A DNA stretch of 64,000 bases from Octopus sinensis. Taxonomy: Eukaryota. Of this stretch, positions 11,651 through 23,650 are shown piece after piece. The notes under the pieces are model-generated. The model did not search any database. It was not told the origin of the DNA and was given only the letters and a program-made list of their open reading frames with translations. The DNA lies in assembly GCF_006345805.1 (NCBI RefSeq), contig NC_043001.1, positions 96,100,001 through 96,164,000 on the forward strand. The letters run 5' to 3'. A program made the translations under genes and the position numbers. Numbering within the stretch: position 1 is the stretch's first letter; each line of letters begins with the position of its first letter.

Positions 11651-11888
11651 TCATATACGACACACAAATTTCTGCACATGAACCCGGTGTTTCTACCCTT
11701 GACAGGTCGCTATAACCGTGTTTATGACGTGAATTTGCTACCCAGGTTTCGAATTTTCTATGCTGACGATAAGCATAGGATAATTCATTCACCTACTTAA
11801 ATATTGTTTCAGTCACTTACCTGCGACCAGGCTGGAGCACTGCCTTAAGGGGTTTTAGTCGAAGAGATCGACACCAGAACCAGGGATA

Positions 11889-12318
11889 TAAACACACCAG
11901 CATCGGTTGCCATGCAACAGCGGTGACGCAAACACAGACACACAATCACAAACACACACGCATATATATATACATACACACATACACACACACACGTATA
12001 TATACATACTTATAAATATAAATATATATATATATCACCGTGACAGGCCAGGCTATCAGATGTTGCTACACATCGCTGGTCACAATGCGCTTCGCATTGT
12101 TTTAGCCTTCAAATGACGCCACCCCGCTGGCTAAGCGAGCAGGCCGACAGAAGAAAGAGTGAGAGTAAGTTGTGGCGAAAGAGTACAGCAGGGATTGCCA
12201 CCACCCTCTGCCAGAGCCTGTGGAGCTTTAGATGTTTTCGCTCAATAAACACTCACAACGCCCGGCCTGGGAATCGAAGCTGCGATCCCACGACCGCGAG
12301 TCCGCTGCGCCATTGCGC

Positions 12319-12370
<52 letters not shown>

Positions 12371-13144
12371 TGTAGTATTTATACGAAGGGTTTCTTCCAG
12401 TTTCCGGCTACCAAATCCATTTACAAGGCTTAGTTCAGCCCGTGACAATAGCAGAAGACATTACCCAAAGTGACATGCAGTGGGACTGAACCCAGGAACA
12501 TGCTTGCCACGCAGCCACTCCTGCGCCTACATATGTCTTTACTTCGTATAATATTTTTTTATTATTTTATTATTTTACTTGTTTCAGTCATTTGACTGTG
12601 GCCATGCTGGAGCACCACCTTTAGTCGAGCAAATCGACCCCAAGACTTACTCTTTCGGTCTCTTTTGCCGAACCGCTAATTTACGGGGACGTAAACACAC
12701 CAGCATCGGTTGCCATGCAACAGCGGTGACGCAAACACAGACACACAATCACAAACACACACGCATATATATATACATACACACATACACACACACACGT
12801 ATATACATACTTATAAATATAAATATATATATATATATCACCGTGACCACCGTGACAGGCCAGGCTATCAGATGTTGCTACACATCGCTGGTCACAATGC
12901 GCTTCGCATTGTTTTAGCCTTCAAATGACGCCACCCCGCTGGCTAAGCGAGCAGGCCGACAGAAGAAAGAGTGAGAGTAAGTTGTGGCGAAAGAGTACAG
13001 CAGGGATTGCCACCACCCTCTGCCAGAGCCTGTGGAGCTTTAGATGTTTTCGCTCAATAAACACTCACAACGCCCGGCCTGGGAATCGAAGCTGCGATCC
13101 CACGACCGCGAGTCCGCTGCGCCATTGCGCCTCATATATATATA

Positions 13145-13183
<39 letters not shown>

Positions 13184-13505
13184 TGTATGTATTTATACGA
13201 AGGGTTTCTTCCAGTTTCCGGCTACCAAATCCATTTACAAGGCTTAGTTCAGCCCGTGACAATAGCAGAAGACATTACCCAAAGTGACGTGCAGTGGGAC
13301 TGAACCCAGGAACATGCTTGCCACGCAGCCACTCCTGCGCCTACATATGTCTTTACTTCGTATAATATTTTTTTATTATTTTATTATTTTACTTGTTTCA
13401 GTCATTTGACTGTGGCCATGCTGGAGCACCGCCTTTAGTCGAGCAAATCGACCCCAAGACTTACTCTTTCGGTCTCTTTTGCCGAACCGCTAATTTACGG
13501 GGACG
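11889..13505. repeat. Recent tandem duplication, two units of ~803 and ~814 bp, each an OK-like SINE (-) with a nested OR-like SINE (-)
   Basis: TAAACACACCAGCA recurs at 11889, 12692 and 13506. The units differ only by microsatellite length, a 9-bp CACCGTGAC duplication and a few substitutions. Confidence 0.95.
12036..12321 (-). mobile_element. OR-like SINE with tail type b, nested in the central microsatellite of an OK-like SINE (second copy ~12838-13133)
   Basis: tRNA head (plus strand reads GAGTCCGCTGCGCCATTGCGCCTC), the shared OR body and a distinct tail containing TGACGCCACCCCGCTGGCTAAGCGAGCAGGCC. Confidence 0.8.
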
Positions 13506-13603
13506 TAAACACACCAGCAGCGGTTATCAAGCGATGTTGGGGGGACAAACACAGACACACAATCATGCACACACTCACACACACACACTCACACGCACAT
13601 ATA

Positions 13604-13669
<66 letters not shown>

Positions 13670-13830
13670 CATACATATATACGAGGGGCTTCTTTCAGTT
13701 TCCGTCTACCAAATTCACTCACAAGGTTTGGTCGGGACGACGCTATAATAGAAGACACTTGGCCAAGATACCACGCAGTGGGACTGAACCAGGAACCATA
13801 TGGTTGGTAAGCAAGCTACTTACTCCTGCG
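13380..13830 (-). mobile_element. OK-like SINE
   Basis: Full tail, central (TA)(TG)n and head on the minus strand. Confidence 0.85.
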
Positions 13831-13929
13831 CGTAAACCAATGCTAAAGGCTTTTTAGTCAATTGTTTGTATTAAAAAATTTTCGATTCTAATCGGAGAAT
13901 AAAATATTATTATATATTATTGTACTGCT

Positions 13930-14029
<100 letters not shown>

Positions 14030-14504
14030 ATATATATATATATATATATATACATATATATAGCTTGGGAGAGAGTTGTAAGTAGGAGGGAGATATGTAT
14101 GCATGTAACTTAATATCTGCAATGTGACGAGCGAAAACACGGTATTGTTGAATAAACATGTTCACACATCAATTTCATAATTTTAACGTCCCCCTCTTTC
14201 TCCTCCATCCACTCTTTTCTTAACTTAACCTCTCTCTCTGTCACTTTCATAAGATGCTCTTTTAATATTCCTATTTCCACACACACTATGGCTATGTTTA
14301 TATATATATATATATTTCTGTAAGCTATGCTTCACTATTGATGTATTTTGTGCGCATGGCTTTGTGCTTTATGAGTACTTAAGTACATAAATGGATGTAT
14401 ATATGTACATTATTCTGTTTGAATTCCTCTTTGAGGAGGCGAATATATAATGCAAAATTATCGAATGTTGATAGACAGTTACAGCCAGAGAAATGTCATT
14501 CTAT

Positions 14505-14720
14505 AGGAAAGCCGTGGCTGTGTGGTAAGAAGCTTGCTTCCCAACCACGTAGTTCTGGGTTCGAACAAATCGACCCCACACCTTTGTCTTTCTTGTTTTT
14601 TTGTTTTTTTTCTTTTTCAATGCCTGATATTTACTCTATATGTCACTTTGGCTGAACCGCTAAGTTACGGAGACATAAAGCCACCCACACACATGCAGAT
14701 ACACACACACGCACGCATGC
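14505..14720 (+). mobile_element. OK-like SINE, internally deleted
   Basis: Head GTGGCTGTGTGGTAAGAAGCTTGCTTCCCAACCAC followed by rearranged tail fragments. Confidence 0.6.
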
Positions 14721-14908
14721 ACACACACACACACACATTGAAAGAGAGAGAGTGGGCGATATATAGATAAATCTCGGCGACAGAGTAATGGTTCACTAAT
14801 GAATATTAATGAAATCTGAAATCATCTCGATTGCCGTAGGGATTTTGTCTCCCTTGTCACTCGTTAGAAAAGTACTCTCACGTGGGAAAGTATGTGTATA
14901 TGTATATA

Positions 14909-15140
14909 AGGCGGCGAGCTGACAGAAACGTTAGCACGCCGGACGAAATGCGTAGCCGTATTTCGTCTGCCGTTACGTTCTGAGTTCAAATTCCGCCGAG
15001 GTCGACTTTGCCTTTCATCCTTTCGGGGTCGATAAATTAAGTGCCAGTTACACACTGGGGTCGATGTAATCGACTTAGTCCGTTTATCTGTCCTTGTTTG
15101 TCCCCTCTGTGTTTAGCCCCTTGTGGGTAGTAAAGAAATA
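14909..15140 (+). mobile_element. Deu/Nin-domain-like SINE, monomer
   Basis: Full head GGCGGCGAGCTGACAGAAACGTTAGC, core, and tail ending GTGGGTAGTAAAGAAATA. Confidence 0.9.
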
Positions 15141-15154
15141 TATATATGTATATA

Positions 15155-15591
15155 TAGGTTAGTTGAAATAAAGTTGTCACATGTTGCAACTGCTAAAGGT
15201 AAATACACTGCAATTGCCGAGGAGTAAAATTCTCTGTTATGGTAAAAAGGTGTGAAAACATCCAGTTCGTTCATTGTCACCATCTCTTGGAAATCTCAGA
15301 CAACGATCGGGCGATCTACTGGTGGAAATCATTCAACGTGTTCGCTGAATTATATATAAAGCTACAATCCTTATTTACTTCATTCTGAGTTGCCTCTCTT
15401 AGGTACATCTCATCGATAAGTATTCATAAACTTGAAGCATCGATGTCTGAGATTCCCGGGAGATGGCGGCACTGAAGGGACTGGATGCTTTCACACCTTT
15501 TTACGATAAGGGAGGTTTTTCTTCACGATAGCTGCAGTGTTTTTGCCTTTAATAGTTGAAATACGTGACAAATATATTTCAGCTAACCTAA
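15155..15591. mobile_element. Mariner-like MITE with ~150-bp inverted arms
   Basis: Ends TAGGTTAGTTGAAATA...TATTTCAGCTAACCTA. The arms (~15155-15305 and ~15443-15591) align as diverged inverted repeats around a short core. Confidence 0.7.
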
Positions 15592-15633
15592 ATTGTGATT
15601 ATACGTAAGCGCTGCTTTGTGCCATGCTTCGTA

Positions 15634-15721
<88 letters not shown>

Positions 15722-16330
15722 ACTTTTACTCTTTTACACTTTTACTTGTTTCAGTCATTTGACTGTGGCCATGCTGGAGCACCGCCTTTAGTCGAGCAAA
15801 GCGACCCCAGAACTTATTCTTTGTAAGCTTAGTACGTATTCTATCGGTCTCTTTTGCCGAACCGCTAAGTTACCGGGACGTAAACACACCAGCGTCGGTT
15901 GTCAAGCGATGTTGTGGGGGGACAAATCCAGACACACAAACATAGACGCACACATATATATATATTAGGCGCAATGGCCTAGTGGTTAGGGCAGCGGACT
16001 TGCGGTCGGAGGATCGCGGTTCGATTCCCAGACCGGGCGTTTTGTGTGTTTATTGAGCGAAAAAAACACATAAAAGCTCCACGAGGCTCCGGCAGGAGGT
16101 GGTGATCCCTGCTGTACTCTTTCACCACTCTAAAGGCGGTGCTCCAGCATGGCCGCAGTCAAATGACTGAAACAAGTACAAAAAAAAAATATATATATAT
16201 ATATATACGACGGGTTTCTTTCCGTTTCCGTCTACCAAATCCACTCACAAGGCTTTGGTCGGCCCGAGGCTATAGTAGGAGACACTTGCTCAAGGTGCCA
16301 CGCAGTGGGACTGAACCCAGAATCATGTGG
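15722..16330 (-). mobile_element. OK-like SINE (-) carrying a nested chimeric SINE
   Basis: Tail at 15722-15950 and head/core at 16205-16330, separated by an opposite-strand insertion in the central microsatellite. Confidence 0.8.
15966..16190 (+). mobile_element. Chimeric SINE: OR-like head and body fused to the OK-like 3' tail
   Basis: GGCGCAATGGCCTAGTGGTTAGG...CTGTACTCTTTCACCAC joins directly to TAAAGGCGGTGCTCCAGCATGGCCGCAGTCAAATGACTGAAACAAG plus an A-rich end. Confidence 0.8.
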
Positions 16331-16559
16331 TTGATCTGTGTGTGTGTGTGGGTGTTAGTGTGTGTGTGTGTGCGTGTGTGTGTGTGTGTGTCTGTGTCTG
16401 TGTCTGTATGTATAATGAGCTTCTTTCGAAGTTTCTGGTCGGTCAAGGGCTATAACAGAAGACAAGGTGTCACTGAACGAAAAACGTCTTACCACACAGC
16501 AACACTTTACAAAAATTACTAATTTTCTTATGATATTATTACCCACTGGAGCTGGATGG

Positions 16560-18000
16560 TGGTCAGTGTTCATTGCCTACACATCTTTCTAAGGGAGGTT
16601 ATAGTGATATCATTAACGGCCAACCAAATTTCTTGGCAACCTGTCTCTGCAAGAAGGACTTCTGAAAGGGTATGAATTTTATCGGGATGCCATTCCGTGG
16701 AAGACGGAATGGACGCAAGGCTCTTTTGGGGATTTCGGTTGTAAAATAATGAAACGATGGGAAGACAAACGAGTAAGATTTGAATACGGTAGTGAAGATG
16801 ATACGAGACCATTGAATACTGAGATGGGGTAATTATAATAAATCAGAAAATCTCTGAGGAGCTGGAGCCATTATAATACAAGACGGAAATAAAGCATGTG
16901 TTGTTTAGAAGGGTAGTGACATCATTCCATTTAACCGAGTTGATTTTCTCTGGCTTGAGATCAGATTCACCGAGAGCGTAGTTATCCGAAACTGTAGATT
17001 TTCTCAGATGTTGGAACAATACATCAGTGAGGCTCTCAGGTGAGATTTGTAATATAAGGTGAAATGTGTAATATAAGATTTGAATTTGTCATTCCTGGAT
17101 GTTGATTAATTTGGTTCATGTAAACTATAAATTTTACAACACCCCATTTCTATGTTCGTTTACAAACATAATTTTGTGTCAGGATAAATACTGCTCGTTA
17201 GTTGATAACCAGCGACTACTGGGATGTGTGATGTTGCTTCTATAAATCAGAAGCGTCAGCACAGAGCGTTTGGTCGTGTTGCCCGCTTTATCGAGCTGAA
17301 TCTTGCATATCGTGTTCTCTTCTATGAGGATCAGGCTAGGGAGACGGCTCGTGCTGGTTGGCATTATGCAACATAGTTGTTTGTTCCTTCTCAAGCTACG
17401 CCTGTCTCATGAGCCGGTTTCCCGGTTTCCTTGGCGTATAGGTTCCCCACCTGGACAGGACGCCGGTCCGTCGCAGGTGAGCTGCAAGATGCAGGAGGAA
17501 AGAGTGAGAGAAAGTTGTGGCGAAAGAGTCAGCAGAAGTTTGCCATTACCTTCTGCCGGTGCAGCGTGGAGCTTAGGTGATTTAGCTCATAAACACACAC
17601 ATCGCCCGGTCTGAGATTCGAACCCGCGAGTCCGCTGCGCTAACCACTAGGCCATGTGCTTCCACATGCAACTTAGTCACGGTGGCTGAAGGAGAATCTC
17701 GCAGAGATGGAAACTGACTAGAACGCAGATCGGAGGACTGCTTGTAAGACGCGAGCAATTATTCATAAACGGCAGCGAAGTGTTACAAAGGCGCATGTCC
17801 TCCGTACCTGATCCAACCTGGCAAGCAATGAGATAAAAGCCAACTTTGCAAAGATATTTCCTTTTCAGTATGACATCCGAGTAACTGCTGACAACTAGAC
17901 GAATTTTTCCAGAAATTCTTCGAAAGGTTTTAGAAGTTTTTCTACTTATATTTCCATATACTTTTTTGTTGTCTGCTATAACAGCTCGCTTATATGGCCA
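16560..18000 (+). pseudogene. Heavily decayed LINE ORF2 fragment (APE endonuclease region, L2/CR1-like), split by a SINE
   Basis: Stop-riddled plus frame gives GAGAIIIQ, DFLWLEIRF, VI*DLNL and RAGWHYA, loosely matching APE-region motifs. The match is weak and by eye only. Confidence 0.4.
17378..17665 (-). mobile_element. OR-like SINE (tail a)
   Basis: Reverse complement of the 2250 copy; 12-bp TSD ATGCAAC(A/T)TAGT at 17366-17377 and 17666-17677. Confidence 0.9.
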
Positions 18001-18844
18001 TCAGTTCTCTCTAAGCAGAGATCAGGCTATGGTGAACAGTATATCGTTTACTTGGGTCACCTTCATAATTTCCATTGCTGCAGTAAAGAACCAACATCAG
18101 ACCTCATGACAAAACGCAGAAAATATGATAAACGGTGTTGTTCTTTCAACAAAGGAAAAAACACGTCCAAATCCATGAATTTGATTTAAATGTGCCATAC
18201 TTGGTTATGTATTATGTCTGTAAACACTTGCGTGGGTGTGTACAAATGCGTATATGTGTGTGTGATTGAGTATGTTCTTCGCTGACAGCAATTATATAAA
18301 TATATATATCTATAAATATATGTACTGTATACGAGCGTGCATATGCGTGGACGTGTCTACATGTTAGCGTGTGTGTGTGTTGTATGTGTGTGTGCGCGTA
18401 TGTGTTAACATATCACGCTTCTCTGAAACAGTAAAACCAAACCGTCACATTTTCTCGCTTGCAAAATTCTCAATCTAAAATTTGTTTTCCCATATAAGGA
18501 ATCAATAATGTTTTTTTTTTCTTCGTAGATAAAAATACAAGACTAACAAACAAAGAAACAAGCAGATACTTGTTATCTGATACAATTTTCTTTCTCCTTT
18601 TCCTCCTTTATCTATTTCTACGACCTTATAAATCATTGCTAGATCTAGAATAATATTGGCACATTGTCAGCTCAATCAATGAGGAATATCAGGATATGTA
18701 CGTATAAAACCAATCTATTACAACAACTAAATCATCCTATAAAATATAGTTTGTTGAGTTTTTTACAAAGCATATAATAATATTATTTATGCCAATGATC
18801 TGGCAGCGTTATTTCATACACACCCACATATTTATGAATGTAAC

Positions 18845-18941
18845 TATATATATATATACATACATATATATATATATATGTATTATATATATATATATAA
18901 TATATATATGTTATATATATATATATGTATGTATATATATA

Positions 18942-18972
<31 letters not shown>

Positions 18973-19072
18973 GATATATATATGTATGTATATTATATAT
19001 ATATATGTATGTATTATATATATATATGTATATATATATATATTATATATATATATATATGTGGGTGTGTGG

Positions 19073-19131
<59 letters not shown>

Positions 19132-19309
19132 GGTATATAAGTATACATATAAATATTATATATATTTAATATATATATATATATATAATATATATATATA
19201 ATATATATATATAATATATATATATATATATTATATATATATATATATATATATGCTTTATTTCCTCTGAGTCTGTGTAGACACACACAGACAAAAGGGG
19301 AGAGCAAAT

Positions 19310-19351
<42 letters not shown>

Positions 19352-19584
19352 TGTGTATGTGTGTGTGTGTGTGTGTGTGTGCAATCTGTTCTCTCTCCCC
19401 ATCACTGTGTGTGCTCACAGATAGATAAATATTGAGAGAGAGAGAGATACATAGGGAGACAGAGAGAGAGGAAGAGAGTAGCTGAAGCACAGGTAGATAT
19501 GTAAGGAGAAATGTGTTCCTTGAAAGAAATGTACATTCATTATTTAAAATATATTAAATATTCAAAGCTCAATATCTATCTATC

Positions 19585-19636
<52 letters not shown>

Positions 19637-19760
19637 ACGTATATGTATATATATATATGTATGTATATATACGTATATATAAATATATACACATATGTAT
19701 ATACATATATATTTACATACAAATACATATATATATGTAAGTGTGTGAGTATTTTTGTTT
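18845..19760. repeat. Compound (TA)n/(TG)n/(GA)n microsatellite tract
   Basis: Directly visible dinucleotide arrays. Confidence 0.95.
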
Positions 19761-20386
19761 ACGTGAGTGTGTACGTGTGCCAGTGTGGGTCAGTGAATGT
19801 GTATGACTGTATGTGTTTTCCTTCACCTTCCCGAACCGTTAGCAATACGCATGTCATAAGCAAAAGAAAAAATGAGCAAAAACAATAAAATACTTCAATA
19901 CTTGAAACAAATACTAGTCGTGTCATTATGGAGCATACGTCAATAAAAGCTAAGCATACAACTCTATCTCTGCTAATGACATCATGGTAAACCTATCATG
20001 ATATAGTTTCAGAAACCATCGATTGGACATAATATTATAGGCAAACTACAGGTTGCAGGGCCATACTTAATCTCTTTCTTTTTCATGCATACATGCACAC
20101 ACAGGCACACACACACACACACGCACACACACACACATATGCACATATGCGCATAGACATATATATTTGTGTATGTATATCTATATATATATATGCACAC
20201 ACATACATATATATACATGAATATATACGTGTATATATTTATATAATTTAATAAATATATAATATATATATTATATATAATAAGTATATGTATATCTATC
20301 TATCTATTGATATCTATTATATATATATATATATATATATATATCATATATATATATAATATATACATATACACAAATACGCACAT

Positions 20387-20429
<43 letters not shown>

Positions 20430-20469
20430 TAATATACCAACCTCAAAACGAGAGGAAAATGATCTACGG

Positions 20470-20779
20470 TGGAATTGGCACTCAAAGGACAAACAAATAA
20501 AATGCAGTTAAGCGTGTTGCGGGGTGGTCTCTTTCAAACACATACATACACACTTACATACGTATATGTGTGTGTGTACATATATATGTGTAATATTAAA
20601 TATATATATACAAACACATAATATATATATATATATATATATATGTGTGGTGTTGTTATTATATATATATATATATATTATTATATATATATACATACAA
20701 CACACACTATATATAAATATATATATATATATAGTGTGGTTGGGGTGTATATATATATTATATATATAATATATATTAT

Positions 20780-20834
<55 letters not shown>

Positions 20835-20998
20835 TATATTATATATATTATGTATTTAATTATATATTTAATATATACACATGTATATATACACACACAA
20901 TATACGTATGTAAGTGTGTATGTATGTATGTTTGAAAGAGACCACCCCGGCAACATGCTAACTGCATTTTATTTGTTGTCCTTTGAGTGCCAATTCCA
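20470..20998. repeat. Foldback with ~130-bp inverted arms around a microsatellite spacer
   Basis: TGGAATTGGCACTCAAAGGACAA...GGGGTGGTCTCTTTCAAAC at 20470 is repeated inverted, ending at 20998. Confidence 0.9.
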
Positions 20999-21589
20999 TA
21001 TATATATATATATATATAAGGAAAATCAGACAAGGTAGAAAATGCTAAAATAATTTTATCATGAAGTACATTTTAGTCTTTAGTTCTTTTCAGCTAAACG
21101 TAAAATAAGCAAAACAATTATATTGGAGAAAGGAAATTTAGTGAAATAATTTGTAGATATTTCCATGGTTTTTAAATATGTAAATATTTCCATAGTCTTC
21201 AGATACTTTCTCTCTTTCTTTCTCTCTCCCGTTGTGAATGCCTCGTAGGTGGATAGTAGTAAATCTGAAGGAATAGTATGGGTACAGAGAATTGATGGTT
21301 TAAGCGGCAGCAGCAGAGGAAGGAGATGAAGTAGAAGGGGAAGAAGAAGAAGGAGGAGGGGAGGAGGTGGAGGTGGAGGAGGAGGAGATGGAAGAGAAGA
21401 GAAGTAGGAGGAAGAGGGGGAAGGAGAAAGAAAAGAGACGAAACATACAAGAGTCTTGTGACACAGTAAATTGTTCGTGGAATCTTCTTTAATCATCAAA
21501 TGACCTAACCGTGACATGTTGTGGTCGTAGCAGTAGTGGTTGGAATTGTTCTAAGTTCTTGTAGTAGTTTCATCTGTGATAGTGGTGGC

Positions 21590-22330
21590 ATTTATTCTTA
21601 TTTTTTGATAAAATATGATTATTTGCTAATGCGATGATTATAGGTTGCATTGTCCCTGATTTTATAGAGGGGAAAAATTCTAAAGTTGGTTTGTTCGTTA
21701 GTGACGCAAATATCGATGTGCTCGCTTAATCCTATTTTTCCGTACTCTCGTATTTCAATCTGGGATCTACGTATCGTTATCCTCTGGCTTACGCTTTTTT
21801 TAGTTTGACCATATGTTGTTGTAGACAACCTGAGCAAGTTAATACATATATTAAGTTTTCCGACACACATGTGAAGTTGTTTTTCACTGTAAAACGTTGA
21901 CCCTGTTTCAAGGAGAATTCCGATCCTTCAGTTAGGTTGACACATTTAGGTTGACACGTTAGGTTGACACAGTCACTGTCGGTTTCGATGTTGTTGTCGA
22001 GTGAACTTGGACCTTTGTTAGAAGACTTTTCATAGGTTTGGGTTGTCTTTTGCTCTTTATGATGGTGTGCTATGGTTTCTGTTTTGTAAAGGAATGTCCT
22101 GGAGGATGGTGTCGAAGGCCTCATTATTTAGGGGGTTGTGCGTGGATATGTATGGTAGCGCTTTTGGTTGTAAATCCTTCTTTAGTCTGGAGTGTCTGAG
22201 TTCGTGGATGTTGAGTTGTAGGGCACGTTGAAAGCCTGCATCAATTAGGGAAAGTGGGTTGTTCCTGCTGATGAGTGTATCCCTGGTGTGTCCCTGGTGC
22301 TTGTATCAGGTACTATAGTACAAATTCTTT
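21590..22330 (-). mobile_element. Penelope-like element 3' fragment (RT thumb/linker plus GIY-YIG endonuclease), frameshifted
   Basis: Manual translation gives LIDAGFQRAL, LPYISTHNP, IIKSKRQP, a Cys linker (CQPKC..CVNL), FTCVSENLIYVLTCSGC, GQTKKSVSQRITIRRSQI and LSEHIDIC..FRIFPLYKI. Confidence 0.85.
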
Positions 22331-23214
22331 TCTAGTATGTCAGGGGTGGCAAGATTTGAATAGCAGATATTGCTTGGCGACCATGGGCTTCTAGTAGATG
22401 TCTCCTTCTACATATATCATATACAAACACAAACATACATATCACACCTATATTTTCCTAGAAATACGTGCGCGCATTTTATCTTTCGAGGACTTAGACT
22501 TGATAAGTTGGACATTGTCTAAGATTTTTAATATCAGAGGTTTTTTGAGCAACATTGAACTTCATTTTAAACTTTGAAACCGCATTGGGAGTTTGAAAGT
22601 TACTGGAATTTTGAAACAGCATTGAGATTACCCTCATATTTCATGTTACACGCCTACATCTCCATAGTAATTTCAAACTGACATCCAATACTCTTGGTGA
22701 ATTTCATCGAATAGGCTTCGTGTTGTATATCGGGTATATGACATTGACAGGTGTTTTATTACTGTCATTTCACAAAAGACTTGTTTCTCAACAACCTTTG
22801 TTTTCCTATCTCTGCATAGTGCCTCTGGATATATATAATTCACTTCTTTAACGGAAAATAGCATTGCGCAAATTGCGATCAATTTCTTGGTTTGTTTTTT
22901 CCTTCTCGGTTAAAGTTTCATATCAAAAAATCTTCACGTGAAAAAATATCTACCAAAGACTAAGATTTTTCTCTTGTCATTTTAACACTACAGACTTACA
23001 TTATAATCTCAGACTTGCATTACAATCTTCATGTAATATGACTGCGTTCCACACAGTCTGCATGTTGGATCCATTACTACATAATAGCACTTAACACCTA
23101 AAGAACCTAAAGTAAATTATACGAGTGAAATATACTTCTTTCCTAGTATGTTTCTGTACTTATATTTTTACAGTACAGGCGCAGTACAGGTACAAGTGTA
23201 CCTCTGTAACAAAA

Positions 23215-23365
23215 CGTTTGCTCACCAAACACCTGGTCCCTTCTTTAGACCCGCTGAAACATACGTTGGGTAAGCGTCTTTTACTATGGCCTCGAACAAT
23301 CAAAGCCTTGGAAATGGATTTCGTTCACCGAAACTGAAAGAAGCCCATCGTATACATATACGAAG
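23215..23365 (+). mobile_element. OK-like SINE 5' fragment
   Basis: AAAGCCTTGGAAATGGATTTCG...GAAACTGAAAGAAGCCCATCGTATA core. Confidence 0.6.
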
Positions 23366-23399
23366 TTCAGAACAGAAGAACCTCTATCCTGGAAATTCT

Positions 23400-23436
23400 G
23401 AAATATATATATATATATATATATATATATTACATT

Positions 23437-23496
<60 letters not shown>

Positions 23497-23500
23497 ATAT

Positions 23501-23563
<63 letters not shown>

Positions 23564-23581
23564 CATACATACATACATACA

Positions 23582-23612
<31 letters not shown>

Positions 23613-23650
23613 CTACATACATACATACATATATACATACATATATTATA
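23400..23650. repeat. (TA)n-(GATA)n-(CATA)n microsatellite
   Basis: Directly visible. Confidence 0.95.

Noticed and set aside
11889-13505. CRISPR-like or functional repeat array
   Set aside because: Only two long units built from SINEs, with no short repeat-spacer periodicity.
21590-22330. Selenocysteine recoding in the Penelope-like ORF
   Set aside because: The Cys positions read are TGT/TGC, and the disruptions are frameshifts rather than in-frame TGA.
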